Assembly (NCBI GenBank): GCA_047601445.1
Contig: JASGJH010000001.1
Coordinates: 2,944,001 to 3,008,000, forward strand
Source of the DNA: Myxococcales bacterium
GTDB lineage: Bacteria > Myxococcota_A > Polyangia > Polyangiales > DASUME01
Length of the DNA stretch: 64,000 nucleotides
Direction: 5' to 3'
Part shown: positions 47,718 through 57,433 of the stretch, piece after piece
Layout: each line of letters starts with the position of its first letter
How positions within the stretch are numbered: position 1 is the stretch's first letter
Made by a program: the position numbers and the translations under genes
The notes under the pieces: generated by a model
What the model saw: only the letters and a program-made list of their open reading frames with translations
Told to the model about the DNA's origin: nothing
Database searches by the model: none

Positions 47718-49157
47718 ATGTCCAGGAAGAAACTCGCGATCATTGGCAACGGGATGGGTACGTGTCGCCTGCTCGACGAGCTGGTCGCGCGCAACGCCCA
47801 CAACCTTTACGAGATCACCGTGTATGGCGACGAGCCAGGCGGAGCCTACAACCGCATCCAGCTCGGCAAGGTGTTAGCCGGCGAGGCGCCCACGAGCATC
47901 GTGACCAAGCCGCCCGAGTGGTACGACCGCCACGGCATGCGCCTGCTCACGAGCACGCGGGTCAAGAAGATCGACATTCGGCGCAAGGAGGTTCTCACGG
48001 AGGACGGCCAGGGACGCCGCTACGACCTCGCGGTGCTGGCCACCGGCAGCCAGCCCCTGGTGCCCCCGCTCGAGGGCATGCAGGACGAGACTGGCGAGAT
48101 GCGTCCGGGTTGCTTCGTGTACCGCACCATCGGTGACTGCATGCGCATGCGCGCCTACTCGCGCCCGGGCGACAGCGTGGTGGTGGTCGGCGGCGGCCTG
48201 CTCGGGCTCGAAGCCGCCAAGGTGCTCTCGGACCGCGGTCTGCACGTGACCGTGGTGCACGTGGCGAAGCACCTGATGAATCAACAGCTGGATGGCATCG
48301 CTGGCGAGATGTTGGCGCGTCAGATCGAGCGCAACGGCATCTTCGTGCGCACGGGCCGCACCGTGGAAGCGATGTACGGCGGTGACGAGCGCATCGAGGG
48401 CGTCATCCTCGACGACGGCACCAGCTTGCCAGCCGACATGGTGGTGCTGGCCTGCGGCGTGCGGCCGCGGATCGAGGTGGCGCGCGAGTCGGGACTGCCC
48501 GTGAACAAGGGCATCATCGTCAACGACACCTTGGCCACCCAGGTCCCCGCGGTCTACGCGTTCGGCGAGTGCGCCGAGCACAAGGGCAAGATCTACGGCA
48601 TCGTGAGCCCCGTTTGGGAGCAGGCGGTGGTGCTGGCCGACGTGCTGAGTGGCGCCAAGACCCAGTCGCGCTACCGCGGCTCCAAGCTCTACACGCGCCT
48701 CAAGGTGGCCGGGGTCGACGTGGCATCCATGGGCAGCCTCGAGCCCGAGCTCGAGAGCGACGAGGTCTTCCAGGTCATCGAGGAGCGCAAGAGCGCCTAC
48801 CGCAAGCTGATCACGCGCGAAGGCCGCCTGGTGGGTGCCATGTTGGTGGGCAACACGGCGGCCACTGCGACCCTCGTGCAGCTCTTCGATCGCGACGACC
48901 CGCTGCCGAGCGATCCCCTCGAGGCGTTGTGTCAGGTGCGCTCCGGGGCCTGCAGCACGGCCGATCGCACCATCTGCAACTGCCACAAGGTCAGTGAAAG
49001 CCGCTTGCGCGAAGCCGCGGAGAACGGCGCCGACTCGGTGGCCGCGCTGGGTGCGGTCACCAAGGCCGGCACCGGCTGCGGCTCGTGCAAGACCGATCTG
49101 GAGCAGATCATCACCTCCCTGCGCAAACCGGCCCCGGCCCTGGAAGCCGCGAGCTGA
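47718..49157 (+). CDS. NAD(P)H/FAD electron-transfer subunit with one BFD-like [2Fe-2S] domain (NasB/NirB N-terminal-like; no siroheme domain)
   Basis: IIGNGM, YNRI.L, LATGS, VVGGGLLGLEAA, TRLKVAGVDV, ICNCHKV...AGTGCGSC; protein ends after the BFD domain. Confidence 0.88.
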   Translation: MSRKKLAIIGNGMGTCRLLDELVARNAHNLYEITVYGDEPGGAYNRIQLGKVLAGEAPTSIVTKPPEWYDRHGMRLLTSTRVKKIDIRRKEVLTEDGQGRRYDLAVLATGSQPLVPPLEGMQDETGEMRPGCFVYRTIGDCMRMRAYSRPGDSVVVVGGGLLGLEAAKVLSDRGLHVTVVHVAKHLMNQQLDGIAGEMLARQIERNGIFVRTGRTVEAMYGGDERIEGVILDDGTSLPADMVVLACGVRPRIEVARESGLPVNKGIIVNDTLATQVPAVYAFGECAEHKGKIYGIVSPVWEQAVVLADVLSGAKTQSRYRGSKLYTRLKVAGVDVASMGSLEPELESDEVFQVIEERKSAYRKLITREGRLVGAMLVGNTAATATLVQLFDRDDPLPSDPLEALCQVRSGACSTADRTICNCHKVSESRLREAAENGADSVAALGAVTKAGTGCGSCKTDLEQIITSLRKPAPALEAAS

Positions 49158-49171
49158 ATCGAGGATCGACC

Positions 49172-49600
49172 TTGTCGAAGATCGCGCTTTCGGACTATCG
49201 CCTGCTGGCCTCCTTTCGCTACGAGGTGCGCAGATTCCTGGCGTTCAGCGAGCAGGCGGCGCGCAGCGCGGGCATCGAGCCGCAGCAGCACCAGCTCCTG
49301 CTCGCGTTGCGCGGACTCCCCGAAGGGCTGCGACCCACCATCGGCACCATGGCCGAGCGGCTCTCGGTGCAGCACCACACGGCCGTCGCACTGGTGGACA
49401 AGCTCGAAGAGCGCGGGCTCTTGCAGCGCGAACGTAGTTCCGAAGACAAGCGCGAGGTACTCCTCAGGCTCACGCCCGAAGGGGAAGCCCTGTTGCGCAA
49501 GTTGTCGACGATGCACCGCGAGCAGCTGGGCGTCGCCGGGCCCGCCATGGTGAGCGCCCTCCAGGCCATCCTCGACCACCACGCGGAGAGCGACGAGTAG
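49172..49600 (+). CDS. MarR family transcriptional regulator
   Basis: DYRLLASFRYEVRRFLAFSE, QQHQLLLA, AERLSVQHHTAVALVDKLE, DKREVLLRLTPEG; TTG start. Confidence 0.88.
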   Translation: MSKIALSDYRLLASFRYEVRRFLAFSEQAARSAGIEPQQHQLLLALRGLPEGLRPTIGTMAERLSVQHHTAVALVDKLEERGLLQRERSSEDKREVLLRLTPEGEALLRKLSTMHREQLGVAGPAMVSALQAILDHHAESDE

Positions 49601-49843
49601 GTTCACGTCGCGCGGGCGGGGCGCTTGCCCCCGGGCGAGCGCTTGGCGCGCGCTGTGGCCGATTTGTGGCCGCGATCGAGCGGCGATTGTCCGCCCCGGG
49701 TCGTCGCGGGCTAGCCTGTCGCGTGCCCCCAGCGCGGACTACCTTCGACGTGCCGGTACGCTTGCGTCGGGCGGGCGGCACGCGACCAGGGCGTGAGGAC
49801 CTGGGTGCTAAGGTGAGCACCCGAAAGAAAAATTCGCGGGGCA

Positions 49844-49870
49844 TGTCGAGCGCCGGCCGCGGGCTCCGAC
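49844..49870 (+). promoter_or_regulatory. ECF42-type promoter
   Basis: TGTCGA-N17-CGAC preceded by an A-tract, upstream of the DGPF-ECF42 operon. Confidence 0.8.
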
Positions 49871-49923
49871 CTACCCATGAAAGCGCCAATCAGGGCGCCC
49901 ATCGAGTCGAGAGGAACGGACCC

Positions 49924-50316
49924 ATGAAGTTCATCATGATGATGCATGCACCGCGCGGAAACGGGGAGTACGGAGTGGCGGCCTGGGCTCGCGAAGACCT
50001 CAAGGCCCACATCGAGTTCATGAAGGAGTTCGCGCGCACCTTGAAGGAGGCGGGCCAGCTGGTCGCGGCCGAGGGCCTGGCTCCCCCTGGAGACGCACGC
50101 GTCGTGCGCGCAGGCCAGGGCGAGACCCCCGAGGTCACCGACGGCCCCTTCGCCGAGTCGAAGGAGTTCCTGGCGGGCTACTGGATCGTGGAAGTCGAGA
50201 GCGCCGAGCAGGCCTACGCGTTGGCCGGCCGCGCCTCCGCGGCACCGGGCCCGGGTGGCAAGCCGATGCGGATCGCCATCGAGGTACGCCAGGTCATGAG
50301 CGCCCCGTCGGTCTGA
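49924..50316 (+). CDS. YciI/DGPF family protein
   Basis: AEGLAPP, VTDGPFAESKEFLAGYWIV, IEVRQVM. Confidence 0.92.
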   Translation: MKFIMMMHAPRGNGEYGVAAWAREDLKAHIEFMKEFARTLKEAGQLVAAEGLAPPGDARVVRAGQGETPEVTDGPFAESKEFLAGYWIVEVESAEQAYALAGRASAAPGPGGKPMRIAIEVRQVMSAPSV

Positions 50317-50319
50317 CGC

Positions 50320-51588
50320 GTGAGCGCGCCGACCACTCGTCACATCTCACGCCTCCTGCGCGAGCTCTCGCCGCAGGTGCTGGGCGCCGTAATGCGCAAG
50401 CATCGCGACTTCGCCGCGGCCGAGGACGCCGTACAGGAAGCCATGGTGGCCGCCGCAACCCAGTGGCCGGGCCAGGGCATCCCCGAGAACCCGCGCGGCT
50501 GGCTGATCCAGGTGGCCTCGCGCCGCATGACCGATCACATCCGCGCCGAGCTCGCGCGCAAGCGGCGTGAGGTGTTCGTGGTCATGCAGGCGCCGGCGGA
50601 CGAACAGCTGGTGCCCGCCGCCGACAGCGACTTGCCCGCGGAGCGGGACGACACCCTGATCCTGCTCTTCATGTGCTGTCACCCGGACCTCACGCGGCCC
50701 TCGGCCATCGCCCTCACGCTGCGCGCCGTCGGCGGCCTCACCACCGCCGAGATCGCCAATGCCTTCTTCGTGCCCGAGGCCACCATGGCCCAGCGCATCA
50801 GCCGCGCGAAGCAGACCATCAACCAGGCCGGTCGCTCCTTCGGGTTGCCGGCAGCCGAGAGCCGCGCGGAGAACCTGAGCGCCGTCTTGCACGTGCTCTA
50901 CCTGATCTTCAACGAAGGCTACACCAGCAGCAGCGGCCCCAACCTCGCGCGCGTGGACCTCTCGGACGAGGCCATCCGCCTCACACGCGAGCTGCACGCG
51001 CAGCTGCCCGAGCCCCCCGAAGTGGCGGGCCTGCTCGCGCTCATGCTGCTCACCGACGCACGCCGTCCCGCTCGCTCGGGCCCCCAGGGTGAGCTCATTC
51101 CGCTCGACGAGCAGGACCGCTCCCTGTGGGACCGGGCGATGATCGAGGAAGGCGTGCAACTGGTCACGCGGGCACTCTCCCGCGGCGCGGTGGGTCCCTA
51201 CCAAATCCAGGCCGCCGTCGCCGCCGTGCACGACGAAGCCAAGGACTCGGCGAGCACCGACTGGAGCGAGATCGTCGCGCTCTACGGTCTCCTGATGCAC
51301 ATGACCGACAACCCCATGGTGAGGCTCAACCACGCGATCGCGGTGGCCATGGTACAGGGCCCTCAGCGCGGACTCGAGCTGATCGCCGAGCTCGACCAGG
51401 ACTCCCGACTTTCCGGCCACTATCGCCTCGACGCCGTGCGCGCCCACCTGTTCGAGATGGCCCATGATCGCGAGCGGGCCATCCGCCACTACCAGGCCGC
51501 CGCAGGACGCACCTCGAGCGTGCCCGAGCGCGACTATCTGATGGCGCGCGCAGCGCGGCTGACCTCCAAGAGCGAAACGCCGAGCTGA
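50320..51588 (+). CDS. ECF42-type sigma factor with long C-terminal (DUF6596/TPR) extension
   Basis: AEDAVQEA, LLFMCCHP, ALTLRAVGGLTTAEIA.AF.VPEATMAQRISRAK, LYLIFNEGY, QDRSLWD, GPYQIQAA. Confidence 0.92.
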   Translation: MSAPTTRHISRLLRELSPQVLGAVMRKHRDFAAAEDAVQEAMVAAATQWPGQGIPENPRGWLIQVASRRMTDHIRAELARKRREVFVVMQAPADEQLVPAADSDLPAERDDTLILLFMCCHPDLTRPSAIALTLRAVGGLTTAEIANAFFVPEATMAQRISRAKQTINQAGRSFGLPAAESRAENLSAVLHVLYLIFNEGYTSSSGPNLARVDLSDEAIRLTRELHAQLPEPPEVAGLLALMLLTDARRPARSGPQGELIPLDEQDRSLWDRAMIEEGVQLVTRALSRGAVGPYQIQAAVAAVHDEAKDSASTDWSEIVALYGLLMHMTDNPMVRLNHAIAVAMVQGPQRGLELIAELDQDSRLSGHYRLDAVRAHLFEMAHDRERAIRHYQAAAGRTSSVPERDYLMARAARLTSKSETPS

Positions 51589-51735
51589 CCAGCACGCTTG
51601 CGTGGCCGAGCCCACCGAGCCGACGCGGGTAGTGGCTGTGCGTGTGGGAGAGCTGCGCATTGGCTCGCCCAGATGTTGGGGCGCACGCTCAGCAGGACTG
51701 CAAAATTGCGCAAAAGGTGGTGATAACCTCTGCGC

Positions 51736-53274
51736 ATGCGAATCAAGTGGGGAACGTTGGGCTTGCTGCTCATGCTGACCAATGGGTGCGACGGTGACGG
51801 CGGCAAGGGCGGCAAGGCACTGGATGAGTCCGATTCTGGGCAGGGAAGCGACAGCGATGCGGGGGATGGATCGAACCCTGACGGCGGTGGACCGCTCGGC
51901 CCCGACTCCGACAACGACGGCGTGAGTGATGCCGACGAGCTCATTCTGGGCACTGACCCCCACAACCCCGACAGCGACGGGGACGGTCTCAGCGACGGCG
52001 ACGAGCGTGCCCTGGGCAGCAATCCCCTGCAGAGCGACTCCGACGGCGACGGCTTCAGCGATCGCGAAGAAGCCTTCCTCGGCACTGATCCCGACGGCGC
52101 GGGCGGCGGCTGCGCCGAGAGCTCGGCCGAGGCCGTGTCCCACAAGAAGCCCGTGGATATCATTCTGATCGTGGACAACTCGTCGAGCATGGCCGGCGAG
52201 CTCGAAGCGATTCAGCAGCGCATCAACGTGGACTTCGCGGACATCCTGGAGGACGCCAACCTCGACTATCAGCTCATCCTGCTGTCCCGCCACGGCGACG
52301 TGAACACCAATCTACCGGGCGACTGCGACGACCACAGCATCTGCATCGGCACCCCGCTCGCCTCGGGCGCCTGTGCGACCAACGAGGCTCCGAAGATCAC
52401 GGATCACTTCAAGCACTACAGCGTGTGCATCGACAGCCACGACGGCCTCAAGAAGGCGATGGACTCCTTCGACGGCACGGTGAAGAGCGAGTTCTACAAC
52501 GCCTCCAGTCAGTGGGAGGAGACGAGCTACGCCAAGCAAGGCTGGAGCACGTGGCTACGCGCCGGCGCTTCGCGAGCCTTCCTGATGATCACCGACGACG
52601 ACTCCAACACCGACTCTGCGGCCTTCGTGACCTGGATGTACCAGCAAGATCCCATGTACTTCGGCAGCGCTGCACAGCCGAACTGGATCTTCCACAGCAT
52701 CGTGGGCCTGGCCGAGAACGTCCCCGACACCGCCGCCTGGCCGGCCAGCTCGCCGTTGGTGGAGGACCAGTGCTCGCCCGGCTCCGAGGGCAACGGCGAG
52801 GACTACCAAACCCTGAGCATCCAGAGCAAGGGCCTGCGCTTCCCCATCTGCAAGAACGACAACTTCAACGCGCTCTTCAACAGCATCGCGACGTCGGTGT
52901 TGGAGATGGCCAAGCTCAGTTGCACGTTCACACCCAAGAACTCGGGTGCAGGCGACGCCGACTATTCGCGTGCCCTGGTGCTGTACGAGAGCGGGGCCGG
53001 AGCCAAGCAGGTGCTGAATCAGGTCAAGACGCCGGAGGCCTGCATCGACAGCGCCTTCTACGTCACGGGCCAGGAGATCCACCTCTGCCCGACCATCTGC
53101 TCGCAAGTGGAGGGCGATCTGATGGGCAAGCTGCAGACCGTGGTGGCCTGCTTCGACCAGTTGAAGTGCGGCAACGGCGAGCTCGACCCGGGCGAAGCCT
53201 GCGACGACGGCAACCTGGTAGACGGCGACGAGTGCGACTCCGCTTGTCGCCTCGAGGGCACCATCCTGCTCTAG
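51736..53274 (+). CDS. Lipoprotein with TSP3-like Ca-binding repeats, vWA-like domain and myxococcal Cys-rich repeat
   Basis: TNGC lipobox; three DSDxDGxSDxxE...GTDP repeats; VDIILIVDNSSSM; CGNGELDPGEACDDGN..DGDEC. Confidence 0.85.
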   Translation: MRIKWGTLGLLLMLTNGCDGDGGKGGKALDESDSGQGSDSDAGDGSNPDGGGPLGPDSDNDGVSDADELILGTDPHNPDSDGDGLSDGDERALGSNPLQSDSDGDGFSDREEAFLGTDPDGAGGGCAESSAEAVSHKKPVDIILIVDNSSSMAGELEAIQQRINVDFADILEDANLDYQLILLSRHGDVNTNLPGDCDDHSICIGTPLASGACATNEAPKITDHFKHYSVCIDSHDGLKKAMDSFDGTVKSEFYNASSQWEETSYAKQGWSTWLRAGASRAFLMITDDDSNTDSAAFVTWMYQQDPMYFGSAAQPNWIFHSIVGLAENVPDTAAWPASSPLVEDQCSPGSEGNGEDYQTLSIQSKGLRFPICKNDNFNALFNSIATSVLEMAKLSCTFTPKNSGAGDADYSRALVLYESGAGAKQVLNQVKTPEACIDSAFYVTGQEIHLCPTICSQVEGDLMGKLQTVVACFDQLKCGNGELDPGEACDDGNLVDGDECDSACRLEGTILL

Positions 53275-53290
53275 CGTGTCGCTGACGAGG

Positions 53291-54298
53291 TCAGCGCCCG
53301 GTCTTGCGAAACGCTGCTGGCGTAAGCCCGGTCCAACGCCGGAAGGCGCGGTTGAAGTTGGACACGTCCGAGTACCCCACGCGCTCCGCGACTTGATCGA
53401 TGGATAACTTGTCGTCGCGCAGGAGCACGCAGGCCTGACGGTGCTGCCAGGTGTCGGCGATCTCGGAGAAGGTCACGCCCTCGGCCTTCAGCTTGCGGTG
53501 CAAGGTACGCGAGGAGATGCCGAGCGCCGTGGCCACCTCGTCGGCGCTGCGCACGCCTCCACCCGCACGGGGCAAGACTTCACGCACGCGCGCCTCGAGC
53601 CCTGCGCGATCGAGTGCCTCGAGCTCTCGCTCGCACTGCTCCTGCGCGAGCTGCGACGCGGTCGGCTCGGCCAACACCAAGCGGAGGTCCAGGTAACTGC
53701 GCTGAAAGCGCAAGCAGTTGGCCGGCTTGCCATACTGCGCGGTCACCGGCGAACCCACCACCTGGGGGGCGAAGCTCGGCTCGGGGAACGCGAACTCGGC
53801 GGTGCCCACCAGCTGCTTGCCGGTGAGGCTCTCCCCCATACGCCACATGCCGACCGCCAACGCGAAGAGCACGGTAAGCCGGGCCGCCCCGAGATCGCAG
53901 CGCTCCTCGATGTAGAAGGCGGCGTCGCTCTCGCGTTCCTCCAGGCGAAAGGCCAGCGCCGTGGTTCGCGTGGGCGCGTAGCGCACCGCCAGGTCGATGG
54001 CGTGCCGCACCGTGGGCGCCGTCATGGCCGCAAAGCCGAGGTAACCGTGAGCCGGGACCCGCATGCGGAAGCCCAGCATGATGCCGAGCCCGGGTTGGCC
54101 GGTGAGCTCGATGGCACGCGCCACCAGCCGTTCGCCCACGGCCAGCGAGATGCGCGCGTCGGGCTGCTGCAAAGCGGGCCTCGAGAGGCCCATGCCATCG
54201 AACAGGCGATCCTCTGAAATTCCGAGTAACTTCACCACTTTGGCGAGATCCATTGCGTGGCTCGCGGGGACGCTGTGGGCGGAGGGGGGGACGGCCAT
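53291..54298 (-). CDS. AraC family regulator (OruR/Arabinose_bd_2 type)
   Basis: HGYLGFAAMTAPTV; VATALGISSRTLHRKL; VAERVGYSDVSNFNRAFRRWTG.TP. Confidence 0.93.
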   Translation of the reverse strand: MAVPPSAHSVPASHAMDLAKVVKLLGISEDRLFDGMGLSRPALQQPDARISLAVGERLVARAIELTGQPGLGIMLGFRMRVPAHGYLGFAAMTAPTVRHAIDLAVRYAPTRTTALAFRLEERESDAAFYIEERCDLGAARLTVLFALAVGMWRMGESLTGKQLVGTAEFAFPEPSFAPQVVGSPVTAQYGKPANCLRFQRSYLDLRLVLAEPTASQLAQEQCERELEALDRAGLEARVREVLPRAGGGVRSADEVATALGISSRTLHRKLKAEGVTFSEIADTWQHRQACVLLRDDKLSIDQVAERVGYSDVSNFNRAFRRWTGLTPAAFRKTGR

Positions 54299-54336
54299 GG
54301 CAGGAACTCACCAATCCATGGCACGCCGCGACCTAA
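54295..54336 (+). promoter_or_regulatory. Putative AraC-type tandem binding sites
   Basis: CCATGGCA-N7-ACC repeated at 54295 and 54316 (21-bp period) between the divergent araC and hydrolase genes. Confidence 0.6.
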
Positions 54337-54368
54337 CGCGACAAGTGGCGATCGGGCATGAACAACAC

Positions 54369-55241
54369 ATGGAAAACCGAAGCGAGCACTCCATCGAAGT
54401 ACGAAACCTGCGCTTCCCCCTCAGCCCCTCCATCCCGCGCTACTGGCTCGGCGGCAACCGGGTGATGAGTTTGTTCCTGGACCATCTGTCCATCGTGTTC
54501 CCACCAGGGGAGCGCTTCTTCATGCAGAGCGTGCGCGCCTACGAGAGCAAGGTACAGGAGCCGGAGCTCAAGGAGGCCATGCGCGCCTTCCACGCCCAGG
54601 AGGCCCTGCACGGACGCGAGCACGCCAGCTACAACGAGCTCCTCGTGAGCCGTGGCTACCCCGTGGCCGCCATCGATCGCAGCGCGAAACGCATCCTTGG
54701 CGTGGCCGAGAAGGTCCTCCCCAAGAGCTGGCAGCTCGCCGTCACCGCGGCCCTCGAGCACTTCACGGCAATGCTCGCGCAGTTTCTGCTCGCGACCAAC
54801 TCGGTGCTACGAGGCGCGCCCCCCGAGATGGCGGCCATGTGGCGCTGGCACGCGGCCGAGGAGAACGAGCACAGCGCAGTGGCCTTCGACGTGTACCGCG
54901 CCATCGGCGGCCGCTACTTGCCGCGCGTGCTGGTGATGCTCGGCACCACGATGTTCTTCTGGATCAAGATGATGGAGCACCAGGTGCGCATGATGCACGC
55001 CGATGGTTGCCTGTTCTCCGGCAAGGAGTGGCTCGCCTTGGGTCGCTTCGCGTTCAAGGAGCCCGGCGTGTTCCCACTGTTGTGGCGCGCCTATTTCGCC
55101 TATTTCAGGCCCAGCTTCCATCCGCACCAGCTCGACTGCTCGCATCTACTCGAAGAGTGGAAAGACGAGTTCCGGCACAGCCCGGTGTACCGAGAGAGCC
55201 TGTTCGTCCCTGGCAAGCGCGCCGCCGTTGCAGCGAGTTAG
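54369..55241 (+). CDS. Predicted metal-dependent hydrolase (PF10118-like)
   Basis: FPPGERFFMQSVR, QEALHGREH, TAALEHFTA, WHAAEENEHSAVAFDV, YFRPSFHP. Confidence 0.9.
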   Translation: MENRSEHSIEVRNLRFPLSPSIPRYWLGGNRVMSLFLDHLSIVFPPGERFFMQSVRAYESKVQEPELKEAMRAFHAQEALHGREHASYNELLVSRGYPVAAIDRSAKRILGVAEKVLPKSWQLAVTAALEHFTAMLAQFLLATNSVLRGAPPEMAAMWRWHAAEENEHSAVAFDVYRAIGGRYLPRVLVMLGTTMFFWIKMMEHQVRMMHADGCLFSGKEWLALGRFAFKEPGVFPLLWRAYFAYFRPSFHPHQLDCSHLLEEWKDEFRHSPVYRESLFVPGKRAAVAAS

Positions 55242-55247
55242 CGGCCC

Positions 55248-56027
55248 TCACCAGCTGATCGCCTTGCCATCCCGAAAGAAGCCGCCCTTGGGGCCGCTTG
55301 GCGGCAAGCTCGCCGCCCATACGATGCCGCGCGCGCCCTGCTCCACGGAGCGTGGCGCCGAGGCGCCTCCCATGCGCGTCTGCACCCACCCCGGGCACAC
55401 CGCGTTCACGTGCACGTCACCGCCAGCGAGCTCACCGCTCAGCACGCGCACGAAGCCGTTCACGAGCCCCTTGGACACGCTGTACACGTTGCGCGGGAAG
55501 CCGAGCCGCGCGAAGCCGTCCTTTGCGACGGCGCGCACGCATTCCTCGGCCAGCCCGTCGAGGTCGGCCCGACGCAGACCGGGATCGGTGAGCCGCTCGT
55601 GGGCGGGCGGGGCAAAGCCCGAGAGTTCCCCCATGCCGCTGGACACCATCACCACGTTGGCGCTCGGCGCGAGGTGCGGCAAGAGGGCGTCGGTCACGCG
55701 CACCACACCGTAGTAGTTCACGTCGATGGTGTCGCGGGCGATGGCGTCGCTGATGCCCCGGTGCATGGCCGCTGCGTTGTTGATCAGCGCGCTCAAGAGA
55801 ATGCCCTCCTTTACCAGCAGCTCCACCAACCAGCCCACACTGTCTTCGCGCGTGACGTCGAGCTCCACGCTGCGCACGTTGGAACGCCCCAGGCTGCGCG
55901 CCGCCTCACGCCCCGCCTGAACGTCGCGCGCCGCCAGCAGGACCTGATAGTCGCGCAGCGCGAGCTGGCGGCAGGTCTCGAGTCCGAGTCCACGGTTGGC
56001 GCCAGTCACCAGTACGTAGTCCATCAT
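55248..56027 (-). CDS. SDR family carbonyl reductase-like oxidoreductase
   Basis: VTGANRGLG, LDV, INNA, VSS, YSVSK, VCPGWVQTRMGG. Confidence 0.92.
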   Translation of the reverse strand: MMDYVLVTGANRGLGLETCRQLALRDYQVLLAARDVQAGREAARSLGRSNVRSVELDVTREDSVGWLVELLVKEGILLSALINNAAAMHRGISDAIARDTIDVNYYGVVRVTDALLPHLAPSANVVMVSSGMGELSGFAPPAHERLTDPGLRRADLDGLAEECVRAVAKDGFARLGFPRNVYSVSKGLVNGFVRVLSGELAGGDVHVNAVCPGWVQTRMGGASAPRSVEQGARGIVWAASLPPSGPKGGFFRDGKAISW

Positions 56028-56225
56028 CCAAGCCTACCAAGTCCGCTGAATCCGTTCGTTCACAACATGACTCGGTTGTCATAGGGCCTCGGCAAACCAG
56101 CGCTCCCCCGCGCCAGAAACCGCTAATTTCGCGCGTTTTACGGCGTGGCCCCGTTCTTGCTTTTGCCCCTCGAACGCGAACGTCACCGTCGGACCTGGCC
56201 GCGCCGTGGCCGGGATGAGCGAGGT

Positions 56226-56999
56226 ATGCGCATGAACGTAGGCAGAGTCAGGCTTCTCTTGATCTTGGGGCTCATGGCTTGTGAAGAGACCGACCCCGAT
56301 ATCACGCGCGAACGGGGAGACCTCGGGCGCGGCAAGTTTATTTACGAGTGCCTCGGAGAGACCGACGCAGCCTGCGACGACGGCCGCAGCGCCCAGTTCC
56401 CGCAAGCTATCGCCGTGAACTCCAAGTTCGGCATGCGCTTCGCCATCGATTCGGGATCCACGCCCTCGGTGATCCCGGGAGCATCCACCTTCGTGCAATC
56501 CGTGGTCGGTGGCTACAAGGCCCTGCGCGCGGGAGAGCTCGCGCTGTTGGCCGTCAACGGCAACCGCGAGGTCATCGACATCAAGCACGTGCGCAGCGCG
56601 GCGGTGGCTGAAGTGCGAGTCCAGCGTGGTAGCGCCCTGCCCGAACCCGATCTCGAGCTCGGCACCGACCAGGGCGTGGAGCTGCGCGCCGTCCCGTTCG
56701 ACTCGCTCGGCGTCCCCTTGGCGGGCGCACTCGATTACACCTGGACCTCGCGCGATCCGGCGATGGTACGCGTGGAGACCTTACCGGAGCTGAATCGCAT
56801 CCGCGTGCGCGCGCTGCGCGCCGGGGACACCACGCTCGACGTGATGGTGGGCGACCGGCAGCTCTCGCTCGAAGTCCATGCCAGCGGTCCCACCGTGCAT
56901 GAGGACGCTGGCCTGTCCGAGCGCGACGGCGGCGAGGACGCCGGCCAAGAGCAAGACGCGGGAAGCGACGCTGGAGAGACCGACGGAGGCACGACATGA
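56226..56999 (+). CDS. Lipoprotein of unknown function with Ig-like (Big_2-like) domain
   Basis: LMAC lipobox; YTWTSRDPAMVRV...RALRAGDTTL; DAG-rich tail. Confidence 0.75.
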   Translation: MRMNVGRVRLLLILGLMACEETDPDITRERGDLGRGKFIYECLGETDAACDDGRSAQFPQAIAVNSKFGMRFAIDSGSTPSVIPGASTFVQSVVGGYKALRAGELALLAVNGNREVIDIKHVRSAAVAEVRVQRGSALPEPDLELGTDQGVELRAVPFDSLGVPLAGALDYTWTSRDPAMVRVETLPELNRIRVRALRAGDTTLDVMVGDRQLSLEVHASGPTVHEDAGLSERDGGEDAGQEQDAGSDAGETDGGTT

Positions 57000-57388
57000 A
57001 TCGACGACTGGCTCCCCTTTTTCTCGCCCTCGCGCTGCTGTCGGCCTGTGCCGAAGATCGCGCGGTCTACTCGGGCATGCAGTTCGACGTGCAGTCGGCT
57101 CCCGCCTCTCCGGCCAGCTTCGAACCGGACCGCATCGAGCTGGTGGCGGGCGAAGCCGTGAAAGTGCTCGCCAGGCCCCGCTCGAGCGGCGAAATCGACT
57201 ACGACGATACCGACATCCTCGTGTTGCGCTCGGGCGATCCGAACGTGCTCGAGGTCTACTACACCGAAGACGAGCGTGAGTTCGTGCTGGTGGGCAGCGA
57301 AGCCGGCCAGACGTGCCTCGAGGTCCTGATCAATCGCCACCGCGAGGAGTGCATCCCGGTGCGCGTGCTGGCCCCGGTGACCGAGTAG
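56996..57388 (+). CDS. Small lipoprotein of unknown function
   Basis: LLSAC lipobox; ATGA overlap with the upstream gene; SGDPNVLEV...G...GQT motif. Confidence 0.75.
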   Translation: MNRRLAPLFLALALLSACAEDRAVYSGMQFDVQSAPASPASFEPDRIELVAGEAVKVLARPRSSGEIDYDDTDILVLRSGDPNVLEVYYTEDEREFVLVGSEAGQTCLEVLINRHREECIPVRVLAPVTE

Positions 57389-57433
57389 CGGATGGCCTCG
57401 AAAGAGGGGGCCCCGACCGCGACGCGGCTCCCT

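Noticed and set aside
47718..49157. Calling this gene nirB (nitrite reductase)
   Set aside because: Only 479 aa and lacks the siroheme/4Fe-4S domains; better described as an electron-transfer subunit
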